The position numbers were made by a program, and so were the translations under genes. From Octopus sinensis (lineage: Eukaryota): DNA of 64,000 nt. The first letter of the stretch is position 1. Every line of letters begins with the position of its first letter. The notes beneath the pieces were generated by a model. The model saw only the letters and a list, made by a program, of their open reading frames with translations. It had not been told where the DNA came from and made no database searches. The stretch lies in the NCBI RefSeq assembly GCF_006345805.1, contig NC_043001.1, positions 77,066,001 to 77,130,000 of the forward strand. Reading direction: 5' to 3'. Shown one piece after another: positions 42,250 to 55,945 of this stretch.

Positions 42250-43080
42250 CTGGTTAGAGCTGTGGATTGGCAGAACCGTTTGAGCATTTATGCCAGCTCT
42301 TCACGATCTGGGTTCAAATTCCGCCAAGCTTTCTATTTTACCCACCAAGGAAACCGCCCACTGATTCAACGATTTTAGCCTTGTGCTTATGTTAGAACAA
42401 ATTTTTAGAAATTATGAAAAATATTTATTCAAGCATGGCAGCATATTTAAGACGCTCGCTTTGCAGCCACGCAGTTTTGGGTTCAGTTCCACGGCACAGC
42501 ATCTTGGGTAAGTATCTTCTACTATAGCTTCGGACCAACCAATGGTCTGTAAGAAAATTTGGTATATGGAAACTGGGTGGAAGCCTGTCAAATATAAACG
42601 GGATTTGAAGGCGATTGGCTTAGCGGTTAATATATTCGGCTCATAATCGTAAGGTCGTGAGTTCGATACTTGGCAGCGTGTTGTGTTCTTGAGCAAGATA
42701 CTTTATTGCACGTTGCTCTAGTCCACTCAACTGGCAAAAATGAGTCGTACCTGTAATTCAAAGGGCCAGCCTCGTGACATTCTGTGTCACACTGAATCTC
42801 CCTGGGATCTACGTTAAGGGTGCGCGTGTCTGTGGAGTGCTGTTCCGTTGATCGGCTCAACTTGAACATTCGTCGTCGTACCCGACGGAGTGCCGTATCT
42901 GTCCCCACCACCCACCGCTGGACAACCACTGTTGATTTACGTTCTTGTAACTTAGTTCGGCGAAACAGACCGATAGAATAAATAAAAGACAAATATTAAG
43001 CAATGAAGTCGATTTGTTCGACGAAAACCATACAAGGAACTGTCCCAGCGTTGTCGCAGCCCAATAATTGAAACAAATGA
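42250..43080. mobile_element. Cluster of SINE fragments (OK +, OR -, tRNA-head SINE +, OR tail +)
   Basis: Family motifs, including a tRNA-like head at ~42612 (GATTGGCTTAGCGGTTAA...GTTCGATAC). Confidence 0.6.
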
Positions 43081-43502
43081 ATGAAAGGTGTCTTCCCAAT
43101 GAAGTCGATTAGGAAAATATTTATCCGAGCGATGCCGGAATTGTCCGAAGTTATTCAGGTGAACTTTTATTCACCTGAATAATTATTGTTCAATACATCG
43201 AACTACAAGTCAGGTCAAAAAGAAAAAAAAAATGATCACGTGATCCATGACAGTAAATATGTAAAACATGCATACGACAACATGAATGTCGTACTGTCGC
43301 TACGTGGTTGTTCGACTAACCGACAGAAATAGCAGTCAAATTTCCCTTTAATCACTAAAAAAGAAGGAAGACACAAGAAGTGTGGTCTTAGTATCGAAAA
43401 GAAAAAATATGAAAATACAGGGTGATGTCGGAATGTCTTGTTTATAGGTCTCCTTGATCAAAGTTAACCTGATTGCTGGTGGTAGCCGTGGTAGTAATAG
43501 CT

Positions 43503-43535
<33 letters not shown>

Positions 43536-43638
43536 ACATAACAACCGCAGTAGTCTCAGCGACGACAGTAAGAGCCACTACAAGGTACAACCGACACCAC
43601 CACCACCACCATTCTTACTTCCTCTACTTGTCACTCTC

Positions 43639-43673
<35 letters not shown>

Positions 43674-44182
43674 ACCACAACCACCATCATCTCGATGACA
43701 GTCACACAAACCACCTCTCCTTACACCCCCACTATCACACTCATGTCACCATCCGCACCACGTTTCCCTACCACCATCATACGCAAAACATCCTTTAACG
43801 CCGCAATCTCAGCTCCACCACCCTTATAAACCGTTCCCCCCCCCACCACCACCAACAAATTCCTCCACCACCTCCACCAAGTCCACTACGTCCTCCACCA
43901 CCACCGCCTCACAACAGCGTTCCCTCCACTCATAGCCCTAACCCTCCCACTCTGTCAACCACGCTATCACCACCGTCGCCTTCATAATACCAAATCCGTC
44001 ACTATCACCACCACTGCTACTACCGTCGTCACCGCCACTCTGAACATATGACAACGTCTAAGAATAAATAAAAAAAATCAATAACATACAACTGGACGAT
44101 TTCGCTACAACAACAACAACAACTACTACTACTACTACTACTACTGCTGCTCCTGCTACCACCACTACTACTACTGCTGCTG

Positions 44183-44223
<41 letters not shown>

Positions 44224-44648
44224 GCTACTACTACTACAACAACTACAACAACTACTACTACTACTACTGCTGCTGCTGCTACTACTACTACTACTACTAT
44301 TACTACTACTGCTACTGCTGCTGCTGTTCTTGTTGTTGCCGCTACTGTAGTTTAGTTTAAAGTTTTTACAAAAGGTGAGTTGCAAGGGCTACCTTGTTTT
44401 CTAAACACATACACAAACTCTATACATACCCCCACCAATACGCAAACATGCACACACGCAAACACACACACACAAGCATCTATAACAGACTCGCAAACAT
44501 ACAGATGCACTAACACAAACACGCACACGCATGCATACACAACCCTTTTGTTTTTGCTCAACGAACCCTAACCACATAAACTTTGAGCTGTTACCTTAAG
44601 TTGTTGTTTTCCCTACAGTTGAATCCTGCTCCCGGATTTAGGGTTACA

Positions 44649-44827
44649 GAGTACTACTTAAGAAGAGTGGTCCCGGTGCGCTCACTCGTGCATCCGCGGT
44701 AACTAGTCGATCCTTACTTTGTATTTTATTTACTTTGCTAGGTAGTCGTTGTAGGATCGACGAGTCTCGACTAGCTAGCGCAGATGCGCGATTGCGCGCA
44801 CCGGGACCACTCTTCTTAAGTAGTACC
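44649..44827. mobile_element. Merlin-like MITE, short copy
   Basis: TIR GTACTACTTAAGAAGAGTGGTCCCGGTGCGC and TSD GGGTTACA (44641-48, 44828-35). Confidence 0.75.
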
Positions 44828-45660
44828 GGGTTACATTATGTGATAGATGCTCACCTACCACTTATTTAAGATGTTATGGTGTGATTTGAGGGAAATTAGG
44901 TCGATATTTCTAGCAAGTTAATTAAACACGTAACTGCTCCAGCATTAGGGATTTCTGCGTGGTCGCTCGAACTGCTAAAAATAACAGCCAAATCTCCCGC
45001 AATTTGATCACTATTGTCTCAAAGTGAGCCCACGAATGCATAAGATAATAATTCTAGATGCACTGTCTGTAAAAAAAAAAACGCTCTGAAACCTTTTAGC
45101 AACAGAAAAGCAGACAAATTATAATACAAATTTACATTATATTACTAAAATAAAGTGATTGTAATTATGATTTTTTTTATTCACAGAAAAGTATTTAAAA
45201 TGCTTCGTCCCCAAAAGTTTTGTTCTCCCAGGAATAGGAACAATTGCTGGTGCTTTTTGACACGTTTCTTTAAACAACGACCAAGATGATTTAATTGCAA
45301 ACACTATATTTTGATACTGTAATTAAATTTGTATTTTAAATTAATATATGTATTTTTACTTTCATAATAACCCCCAAAATGTTATGGCTATTGACGAAAA
45401 CATCTTTTATTTTATATCCACTCATTAGAGCAACTTCCATTGTCATGTATATCATGCATACACGCACACACATATATACACACATACACACATAATATAG
45501 GCACCTCCACCTGCATTATGTACATGTATATTTGTGTGTCTGTATATATATATATATATATGTGCATACGTACATACACTATACACTTATATATATATAT
45601 ATATATTATATTTACGATCATATATATATTATATATATATTATATATATATATATTTACG

Positions 45661-45706
<46 letters not shown>

Positions 45707-45854
45707 CGATCATATATATATTATATATATATATTATATATATTATATTTACGATCATATATATATATATTATATATATATAATATAGATATATATATAT
45801 TTACGATCATATATATATATATATATAGATATATATATATTACGATCATATATA

Positions 45855-46080
45855 ATCTTATATGTGAGTGTGTCTTCTTGTGTCTGTGTTTGTGCCCCAC
45901 CACCGCTTGAGAACCAGTGTTGGTGTGTTTACCTCCTCGCAACTTAGCGGTCCGGCAAAAAATAACTGATTGAAAAAGTACTGGGCTTTAAAAAAAGTCT
46001 GGGGTCGATTTGTTCGACTAAAACCCCTCAATGCCCTAGCGTGGCTGTAGTCAAATGACTGAAACAAGTAAAAGATAAAA
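45855..46080 (+). mobile_element. OR-type SINE 3' part
   Basis: Family tail AATGACTGAAACAAGTAAAAG. Confidence 0.7.
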
Positions 46081-46613
46081 GATATATAGCAAGTAGACTT
46101 TACGATTAGCTTCCCAAGTAATATTATATTATATTATACTATATTATATTATATTATATTATACTTTATTATATTATACTATGTTATATATATATATATG
46201 TATGTATGTATGTATATATATCAACGAATTTCGAGCTAACCAGGTGTAACGGAAGAAGCTTGGAAGTCTTCACCTGTATAATCATTCGACCTTCTAAAAA
46301 TAACAACTAAAATCTTTCAAATCTAAGCCTACTATCTTTAAAAAGAAAAGAAAGGTGCGTATCATAGAAACATGGTCGCTACCCATCAAAAAAAAAAAAA
46401 AAAAAAAAAAATTGTCACGGTTGGAAAACTCATTATAGCTTTCCCCATGACAATCCTCTTGCAACCTGAGAAGCGTACAATGATTTCTTTTAATTTTCTT
46501 TCTTTCTCTTTTCCTTCCTTCCTTCCTTCTCCTATTTCCTTATTGCTATTTTGTCAAGTACATGTAAGCGAGAACAATTTCGATGAATTTTAGATGCAGT
46601 CTAATTTCAACAG

Positions 46614-46646
<33 letters not shown>

Positions 46647-46731
46647 TATATATATACGCACTTTATTAAAAGCAGCAGCCCGTTCCCCTGTTTGTCGGAC
46701 AGTTTTGTTTAGAATTCTCAACATTCTAAAC

Positions 46732-46775
46732 AAAACTGTCAGACGACCGGGAACGTGAAACTAAGTAACAGTTTT
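46732..46775 (+). ncRNA. Degenerate minimal type I hammerhead motif (Penelope-type)
   Basis: AAAACTGT-CAGACGA-CCGGGAACGT-GAAAC-TAA-GTA-ACAGTTTT: 8-bp stem I, core with one substitution. Confidence 0.6.
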
Positions 46776-46894
46776 TGTGATATTTCTGGTGCTTTTTAAT
46801 AAAGCATATTACTCTACCTCTGGTTTTTGAGTACTATTTTTCCCCACCTTGTTTTGCATTTATATGCTAATCCGGTATATATATAAATAAAGAA

Positions 46895-47250
46895 GGCGGC
46901 GAGATGGCAGAAATGTTAGCATGCTGGGCGAAATGCTTTTTTATCCTTTCGGGGTCGATAAATTAAGCACCAGTTACGCACTGGGGTCGATGTAATCGAC
47001 TTAATACCTATGTCTGTCCTTGTTTGTCCCCTCTATGTTTAGCCCCTTGTGGGTAATAAAGAAATAGGTATTTCGTCCGCCGCTGCGTTCTGAGTTCAAA
47101 TTCTGCCAAGGTCGACTTTGCCTTTCATCCTTTCGGGGTCGATAAATTAAGTACCAGTTACACACTGGAGTTGATGTAATCGACTTAATCCGTTTGTCTG
47201 TCCTTGTTTGTCCCCTCTGTGTTTAGCCCCTTGTGGGTAGTAAAGAAATA
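46895..47250 (+). mobile_element. OK-type SINE interrupted by a 5'-truncated OK-type SINE
   Basis: Head 46895-46937, inner copy ~46938-47066, remainder 47067-47250. Confidence 0.8.
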
Positions 47251-47479
47251 TATATATATAAAGAAAATAATTAAATTAATAAATAATTATTTAATCATCT
47301 CTCTATTTTCTTATTTTCTTAAAAATATATATAAACCCTGGTTTATCCAGTCACTTCACTATTAATTGTAATATTCAATACTTCTTGTAATAGGTAATAA
47401 ACCAGTATATTCATTGGATTTTATTGTCCTTTAATGCGGTTTGTAACCTTTATTTGAACTTTTATATATATATACTCTT

Positions 47480-47830
47480 TACTCATTTACTTGTTTCAGT
47501 CATTTGACTGTAGCCATGCTGGAGCACTGTCTTTAGGATTTATTCTTGTAGGCTTAGTACTTATTCTATCTGTCTCTTTTGCCGAATCGCTAAGTTACGG
47601 TGATGTAAACACACTAGTGATGTTGGGGGGACAAACACAGACACGCAAACATATACACACACACATACATATATACGACGGGCTTCTTTCAGTTTCCGTC
47701 TACCAAATCCACTCACAAGGCTTTGGTTGACCCGAGGCTATAGTTGAAGACGCTCAAGTTGTCAGGCAGTGGGACTGAACCCGGAACCATGTGGTTGGTA
47801 AACAAGTTACCTACCACACAGCCACTCCTA
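47480..47830 (-). mobile_element. OR-type SINE
   Basis: Family motifs. Confidence 0.75.
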
Positions 47831-48371
47831 CGCCTATATAGATATATATGGAAAATAATAAAAAAAAATCGGTTCAGTAAAGCATGTCTTAACTTCTCAT
47901 AAAAGACCCTCTGTGAATTTTTTGTGATGTTTTATTTTGGGAAAAACAAGGTGTGTCTTTTATGTTATCTAATATAGAACACGTCTTTCTTCTGACAACT
48001 CCTCACACTTTGGACACAAAACAGATATCATCTCTGTCCAGGGTTGGGATGAAACGCAAGGCAGGCGTAAAAATGCTAGAGGAATTTCGTATTTCCTTTC
48101 TCACCTCATTCCTGGGCCTCAAATGAAATCTTACCCCACGCCTACATATCCAAGCCTATTCAATATAAATTGTATGTGTGTGTAGATATAGATGTGTGCA
48201 TGATAATGTGTGTGTGTGTATACAAATATATATATATACACACATCTATATTTAAGATCTGACTGGACCTGATGAAGCCTTCTGGCTTCACAGACCCCAG
48301 TTGAACCGTCCAACCCATGCTAGCATGGAAAATGGATGCTAAATGATGATGATGATGATGATATATACATA

Positions 48372-50218
48372 CTAGCCGGTGTACCCGGTAATTCTCGGGG
48401 GTAAAGATGTTCTAATGAAACGCCTTATTATTCTGATATAAGAAAGCAATTTCATTATAACTACCACAAAAGGTGTATTTTCTCTTGCAAAAAGTACAAA
48501 AAACTGTTAGCTGGAGGAGGGAGAGATTGTTGGAGGTTGGCGAGAAAGTACTTTGACTTGTCATAGCATTTTAAAGGTGAACTTTATGAAGGCTAATTTA
48601 TTAAAGGTAATATATAAATGTAGTATATATGTATATAAATATATGAATGTAGTGTTTAATGTTTAAGAATGAAATGAAGTAAGTGCAATGATAATGTTCA
48701 TACTCACTGATGGTCGCTCTCAATAACTGCCTTTAGCTTACGGAATTCTTGTTTTTATAACTATCAAAAAGCGGCCAGAAGGATAGACATATTGTTGAGA
48801 ACAAATGATTCTGCTGGAGGTCTGTTATCTCCATTCCAGCCCCTGCAAAGACATTATTCTGCTTAGCGAAGGCATCTGGGAATTGTATAACTGCTGTCAT
48901 TCACAGAAAAACTATTGTTTTACTGTGAGAAAAGCGCTGTTGAAATGTTAAGTGAAATTTGGCAATTGAGGATTGAATCCACGCTATGCCTGCATGAAGC
49001 CACTACAAATATGTTGTGGAATAAAAATAAAAAAATTATCTACTGTCATGGAAAAAGTGTAACTACAAAAATGCAGAATTATCGGAGTAATGGGCATTCA
49101 AAAAACGTATGTATAGAAATGTATGAATGAATTCTTTAAGGTTTAAGATTTAAATCAAGGAAGTGCAATAATAATGTTTAGCAGTTCAAAACTGTGAGTA
49201 GTGAAATGCAGAATTAGGTCAGTTGATTGTGTGAATCAAATATTGATTGCTTCGCTAAAAACTACAGGTGGTATGGGTTATTTCCCTTGGGTTGTTTAAA
49301 TAAAATATTAGTAATATGTAGTGGATAGAAGGATCCTTTGGAAGGCCCCTATTATCGACTTTCAACAATCTAAGTATGTCACACGGTTTCCAGATATGAG
49401 TTCTACTCACATGGCAGATAAGGTATAAAAGTGATATTTTCTACAAAAATTAGAAATTTGACTCACAAAAAAATCAATATTCAAAGTAATTGAACATAAA
49501 CAATGAAACCTGTAAAATATTTAAAAATTCGATGGCTGAATTAGTTTCATGAAAATGTTGTATGAACTGTAAATAAGCAATAAATATTATGATTTGTAAA
49601 ATAAGTGATACAGGGTGTCCCAACTTAATGTGGTGTAAGTTTGGTTTCATTTTTTTAAGAATTTCAAGCATTCAAAGTATGAGTTCATTGTATTGGGAAA
49701 CACTTATTAAATACGTTCTGGAATCAAAAATTTATGTACTGTCATCGAAAAATTATAACTGGAAAAATGCAGAATTATTGGAGTTAAGGGCATTGAAAGT
49801 GTACATGCATCAAGAAAGTGCAATAATAAGGTTTAGCAGTTGAAAACTGTGAGTAGTGAAATTCAGAATTAGGTCCGCTGATCATGAGAATCAAATATTA
49901 ATCGCTTCGCTAAAAACTAACAATTGTAAATGCAGGTGCTATGGGTCATTTCCCTTGAGTGTTAAAAAAATATTGTGCAAGTGCTATGGGTTATTTCCCG
50001 TGGGTGCTTAAAAAAATTAGTAATATGAGGTAGATAAAAAGATCCATTCCAGAGGCTGCATTATCGATTTTTTTTCAACAATCCAAGTATGTCACAAGGT
50101 TTCCAGACATGAGTTCTAATCACGTGTCAAGTTTCATCAAAATCAATAAAATGATGTAGAAGGAGTTAGCTAACAACACCACAAACAAACACACACCGAT
50201 TTTCCACATATGTAGTAT
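48372..50218 (-). mobile_element. Helitron-like non-autonomous element with internal ~250-bp direct repeats (49160-49410, 49815-50120)
   Basis: Minus-strand 3' end CCCGAG..CCGGG hairpin + CTAG|T at 48372-48400, and an AT-flanked 5' end near 50218. Confidence 0.55.
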
Positions 50219-50418
50219 ATATATATAAATGGAGAGAGGAAGTGTATTCCCATGCAAGAAAGAACTATAGGTGAACTATCAGTTTTGGGGGTTGAAAATG
50301 CATCTGAGTCCATATTGTCAAAACCAGTTTGTTATCTTAATGAATTTGTTACAAAATTTTAAAATGACCACACATTTTCAGACTCATGTACATTTTCAAC
50401 CCCAATCACGTGATCACA

Positions 50419-50453
<35 letters not shown>

Positions 50454-52522
50454 TAAACAATTTAGCTAGGTGTAAAATTCACCTAAGGGATATTAAATAA
50501 CCGAAGAATTTAATGGTTTATATTACCTATGTCAATAACAATGTTATTTCAAATAGGTAAATAAAAAATAAACATACAGTTTATTAATATATAAATATAA
50601 ATAAGAATATAAATAAGAAAACAAAGCAATAAATATATATATATGTATGTATATAAGTATGTGTATGTATGTGGGTCTTGACATTGTGTGATAGTTGTAA
50701 ATGAGTGTATTTAATTGTGGAAGGAATATTTGAAGTGGCAAGACATATTCAGCGCGTTCTTTCAGCATATAGGCATAATAGCTTTTTCTGCCCTTAAGTG
50801 TAATTATACCCTATACAGTTATATCTCTCTCTCTATCATCATCATCATTTAACATCTGCCTTCCATGCTAGCACGGGAGGGATGGTTTCACAAGAGCTGT
50901 CCAGGCAGATGCCTACACCAGACCTCTGTGACTGTTTTGGCAGGATTTTTACAGCTGGATGCCCTTTCTAACACCAATCATTCAGCAGAGTGGACTTAGT
51001 GCTTTTAACATGGCAATATATTATATATATATATTGCAAATTAGAAAATGGAGGAGAACAATAGTTGGTTCATCAACTTTAGGACATTAAAAATGTTAAC
51101 TTATTTATTTATTAAACTGATAATTATAAAAACATACATACATATACCATATTATTCTATGCATATAAGATAAGGATACCAATAATATATATGTATATAT
51201 GTGTGTGTATATGTATGTATATGAATGTAAGACTGTGTCTGGTGCATGTGTACAATTTTCATGCATACACCCCCTTATGGATATGCATATGTTTGTATAT
51301 GTGCAGGTGTAGGTGTGTGATGGGAGGGTGTATATATATATCGTAAAATATAATTGCCACCTAAATGTGGATGTCCCATAGAGGACGATGCTACAGTCAT
51401 TTTTAGTCCCAGGAGGACATCTCCAGCTGGCTAACGACTCTGTCTGTATCCGATTAGTATTTGCGAGGGGAAATCATTGTTCCCATCACTAGCCATACCT
51501 GATACACACAGACCCAGGTTTCTAGGTAGTAACCCATCATCAGTGTTTGATAATCATGAGCTAGTAATGAAAACTCATTCCACATGCAAAATACTATATA
51601 TTTTTTCCATTGACAAACTATCGCTGATCTCAAAAAAGGAGAAATAAGCAATATTAAATCTCTGAGGAAGAAGTAAACTGTAGCAATATGTAATCGTAAA
51701 ATCTAATTGCCAACTAAATGTGGCTGTTCCATAGAGGATGATGCTGGCTAACGACACACTGTCTGTGTCTGATTAGTATTTCCAAGCTTCATTAGCCAGC
51801 TGGAGATGCTGTCTTTATTTCTCTTCACTTATGTAGCTCGTAAACATCTAGCATCTTACTAAGTTGAGAACACAGATTTAGTAGTAAAATGGTTTGACAT
51901 CTATTTTTAGCATACAAGGGATCCACAGAGTGATCTCTCATATTGTTTATATTTAAATAGAATTCATGGTCCTTGGATTGTTTTAAGTATGCTGACCACT
52001 TGTTGAAATTAATATTATTTAATAATATAAATTTTTACTCTTATTATATAAAATATATATATAAAAATATACACACAACCATATTCTCACAATACATAGA
52101 CTCACTCACACAAACATGTATACGCTCATGCACATAAACACACAAACATATATGTATGTATGTACTGATACATAACACACGTATCCATGCACACATATAT
52201 ATATATATATATATGTATATGTGTACATTACCTCATCCTCATATACATATAGGTGCTTACATGCATACACGTAACATAATACATGTATATTTAGACATTT
52301 ATACATATAAATATATATATATATGTATTTTGCACTCGCTCACACACACATATATTCATTCAAATGAAATCATCAGGAAGCTTGCTGTCAAAATAAGTTT
52401 TGGCATTTATACATTTAGGCAGGTTTAATGTATAAATGCCAAAACTTATTTTGACAGCAAGCTTCCTGATGATTTCATTTGAATGAAACAGTTCTAGTCC
52501 TGTAGAAGCTCCTTCTATAAAA

Positions 52523-52559
<37 letters not shown>

Positions 52560-53167
52560 CCCCTACCATCACACACCTACACCCATAGAGAAACATATGC
52601 ATATCCATATAAGTGAAGGGGGCATGTGTGTGAAAATTGCACATATGCACCAGACATAGCCTTACACTCTTACACATACATATACATGTATATATACACA
52701 CATACATGTATACATATAAACACGTATGCATATACACACATATGCGCATTCACACAATTAAAAAGGAAAAAATGTATATAATGGAAGTTAAAACATATGA
52801 GAAAGTTTGTGCAGGAACATAGTAGAAATGTTGATTCTAGCTGTGACATTGGGGTTCCCAAAACTGTAACAGGTATTTTGTGACGTTTGGACATGATCCA
52901 AAGAGTCAAGTTCTTGAATTTAAAGAATGTAGCGGGGTCTAAGGGACTTTACCAAATGAGCCATCTTTCCATATACTTGGCTGAGATCTTCCAGTAAATC
53001 CTGTAGTTAACACCTAGTTCTTTTATGAACCATTTCTAAATGGATAATTTGGTAATATATAATACATGATATATTATATAATATATATATATATATTATA
53101 ATACATGATATATATATATCATATGATATATATATCATAATACATGATATATTATATATATATATAT

Positions 53168-54080
53168 CATCATCATCATCATCGTTTAACGTCCGCTTTC
53201 CATGCTAGCATGGGTTGGACGGTTCAACTGGGGTCTGGGGAGCCCGAAGGCTGCACCAGGCCAGTCAGATCTGGCAGTGTTTCTACAGCTGGATGCCCTT
53301 CCTAACGCCAACCACTCCGAGAGTGTAGTGGGTGATTTTATGTGCCACCGACACAGGTGCCAGACAAGGCTGGCGAACGGCCACGCTCGGATGGTGTTTT
53401 TATGTGCCACCAACACAGGTGCCAGACGAGGCTGGCAGACGGCCATGCTCGGATGGTGTTTTTATGTGCCACCGACACAGGTGCCAGACGAGGCTGGCAG
53501 ATGGCCACGCTCGGATGGTGTTTTTATGTGCCACCGACACAGGTGCCAGACGAGGCTGGCAGACGGCTACACTCGAATGGTGTTTTTATGTGCCACCGAC
53601 ACAGGTGCCAGACGAGGCTGGCAGACGGCCACGCTCGGATGGTGTTTTTATGTGCCACTGACACAGGTGCCAGACGAGGCTGGCAGACGGCCACGCTCGG
53701 ACGGTGTTTGTTACGTGCCCACAGCACAGAGGCCAGTTGATGCGGTACTGGCTACGGTCCCGTTAGGATGGTTCCTTATGTGCCACCGGCACTGGTACCA
53801 CAAGGATACAAATTCCATTGATGTTCATCTATTTTGATTTGGTTTGACTTGATTCGATTTGACTTTGATTTGATTTGCCTCAACAGGTCTTCTCAAGTGT
53901 CACAAGCAGGAAGGTGTGCACAGGCGGACTGACTACGTCCCAGGTAGGGGCCACGGGTTATGGCTTCACTAGTCTTGCCGGGTCTTCTCACGCACAGCAT
54001 ACTTCCATAGGTCTCGGTCTCTGGTCATTTCCACGGTGAGACCTAATGTTCGAAGGTCGTGCTTCACCACCTCGTCCCAG
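53168..54080 (-). mobile_element. RTE-clade LINE 3' end carrying a 62-bp minisatellite (53336-53720) in the 3'UTR
   Basis: Minus strand WDEVVKHDLRTLGLT and an (ATG)n tail. The same tail family occurs at 48270-48360, 50825-51010 and 55380-55600. Confidence 0.8.
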
Positions 54081-54547
54081 ATGTATATGATAAATAAATA
54101 TATAATATATATATTTATATATTATATGTATATGATAAATAAATATATATAATATATATATATATTATATGTATATGATAAATAAATATGTATATGATAA
54201 ATAAATATATATATATATATTATATGTATATGATAAATAAATATATATAATATACATATATTATATATATATATGATATATATATATAATATATAAATGA
54301 ATATATATATACATAGTATATATATAAATGAATATATATATAGTATATATAGAAATAAATATATATATATATATAGTATATATAGAAATAAATATATATA
54401 TATATATGTATGTATAAAACATATATAGAGGTAAACCTATTTTCACGTGTGTATACACACACATACATATACGCATATATATATGATATATATATTTATA
54501 TATGTAAACATATTTTCACATGTGTATACACACATATGCATATATAT

Positions 54548-54581
<34 letters not shown>

Positions 54582-55910
54582 GGCACATACATATATGAAC
54601 AGAGGTAGTGGGATAATAAACATATGTAGACTTGAGAAGTTTGATTATATGAAGCAAGAAGACACGGATTATAGAATAAAAAAGATAACAAAAGAACATG
54701 AATTATGTAAAGTCTTATCTCAATAACTCTTTCAAGATGGCTATGACTTAAATTTTAATCATATTCATATGTAATATGTGCATGATATTATAAGTGTGTG
54801 TCCTGTAACCAATCCCAATGAATTGGATAAATTAAGTGAAGCAAGCTGTCTCAAGAGCAAAATGCATATTTTCTCGCAAATTCTACGAATATTAAAGTTT
54901 AAAGAGAGTAGATTAGTGGGAAATAGGTGAAAGGAGGTAGAGGGAACAGCCATGTAGAAAGGATAGTTAAAGGGAGATATGGGATGAAGATATTACTATT
55001 ACTAGACCAGACATAAAGAAAATGAGGTTTATAACAAACCGAAGAAATATTGTTTAAGATCAAAATAGTGTGGGCAAGAGGAGAAAGCAATTAAGAACTA
55101 CAGAATTGAGGAACAAAGTTGTGGGAAATAAGCACAGTGATAAGGGACTGGTGGTTAGTAAAAGAAGATGTGGTGATTGAAAGAATTTTAGCCAGGGTGA
55201 TGAGAAATAATAATGATTTTACATAGTGAACAAAGGTCTTGTAATATTTATGTCTACAGGTGAAGATTACATCAGAGAATTGATTAAGAAAAGAGGTCTC
55301 ATTTTGGCATAGTTTAGCGAGTGACTCTGGGCAACATAATTGTAGACATGGTATACATATGCACATATAGATACATAAATATCATCATCATCATGTTGTC
55401 ATTTTTACATTTCCTTTTCCATGCTTGCATAGGTCAGACTGAATTCATTGAGACAGATGTCAATCACCTGTTTTCAAGCAGTGTAATATTTCTCAATGGC
55501 CAGACATGGTTTTTGTGGAAGATTGGAAACAAATGATACTGCTTATGTGATGATGACATTCACTTTTCAACTGTCGCATGATGTTAAGATGAAAGGCCAG
55601 GCACATGCATGCTTGACTTTCTTATTGTATTTGCATTAAGTGTGATACATAGATTGCTGTTTTAATTTAATACTGTTTCTGTTGCATGTAACATACACAC
55701 ACATATGACGAGCTTCTTTTTGTTTCCATCTGCAAATTAAGGCTTTGATCGGCCTGTGACTTGCCTGAGGCGTCATATTATATGTGTGTGTGTATGTATG
55801 TATACAGAAAATGTGTCAAAGCCGACAGGAGACGTCAATGTTTCCTAGGGCTAAATGGCGGTGGTGTAATTCCCTTACGAGACTATCACATTGAGTTGAC
55901 AGTATACGAC

Positions 55911-55945
<35 letters not shown>

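Noticed and set aside
42605-42690. tRNA gene candidates (also 2866-2940 and 3625-3700)
   Set aside because: These are SINE heads that continue into SINE body sequence, and the cloverleafs are degenerate.
43151-43182. 13-bp inverted repeat TTATTCAGGTGAA
   Set aside because: Too short and isolated to interpret; probably a TE remnant.
39596-44571. Poly-T/S/H/A ORFs
   Set aside because: Trinucleotide low-complexity tracts (CTA, CAC, CTG) with no splice or homology support.
53202-53837. 211-aa and overlapping repetitive ORFs
   Set aside because: Products of the 62-bp minisatellite on the antisense strand of an RTE 3'UTR.
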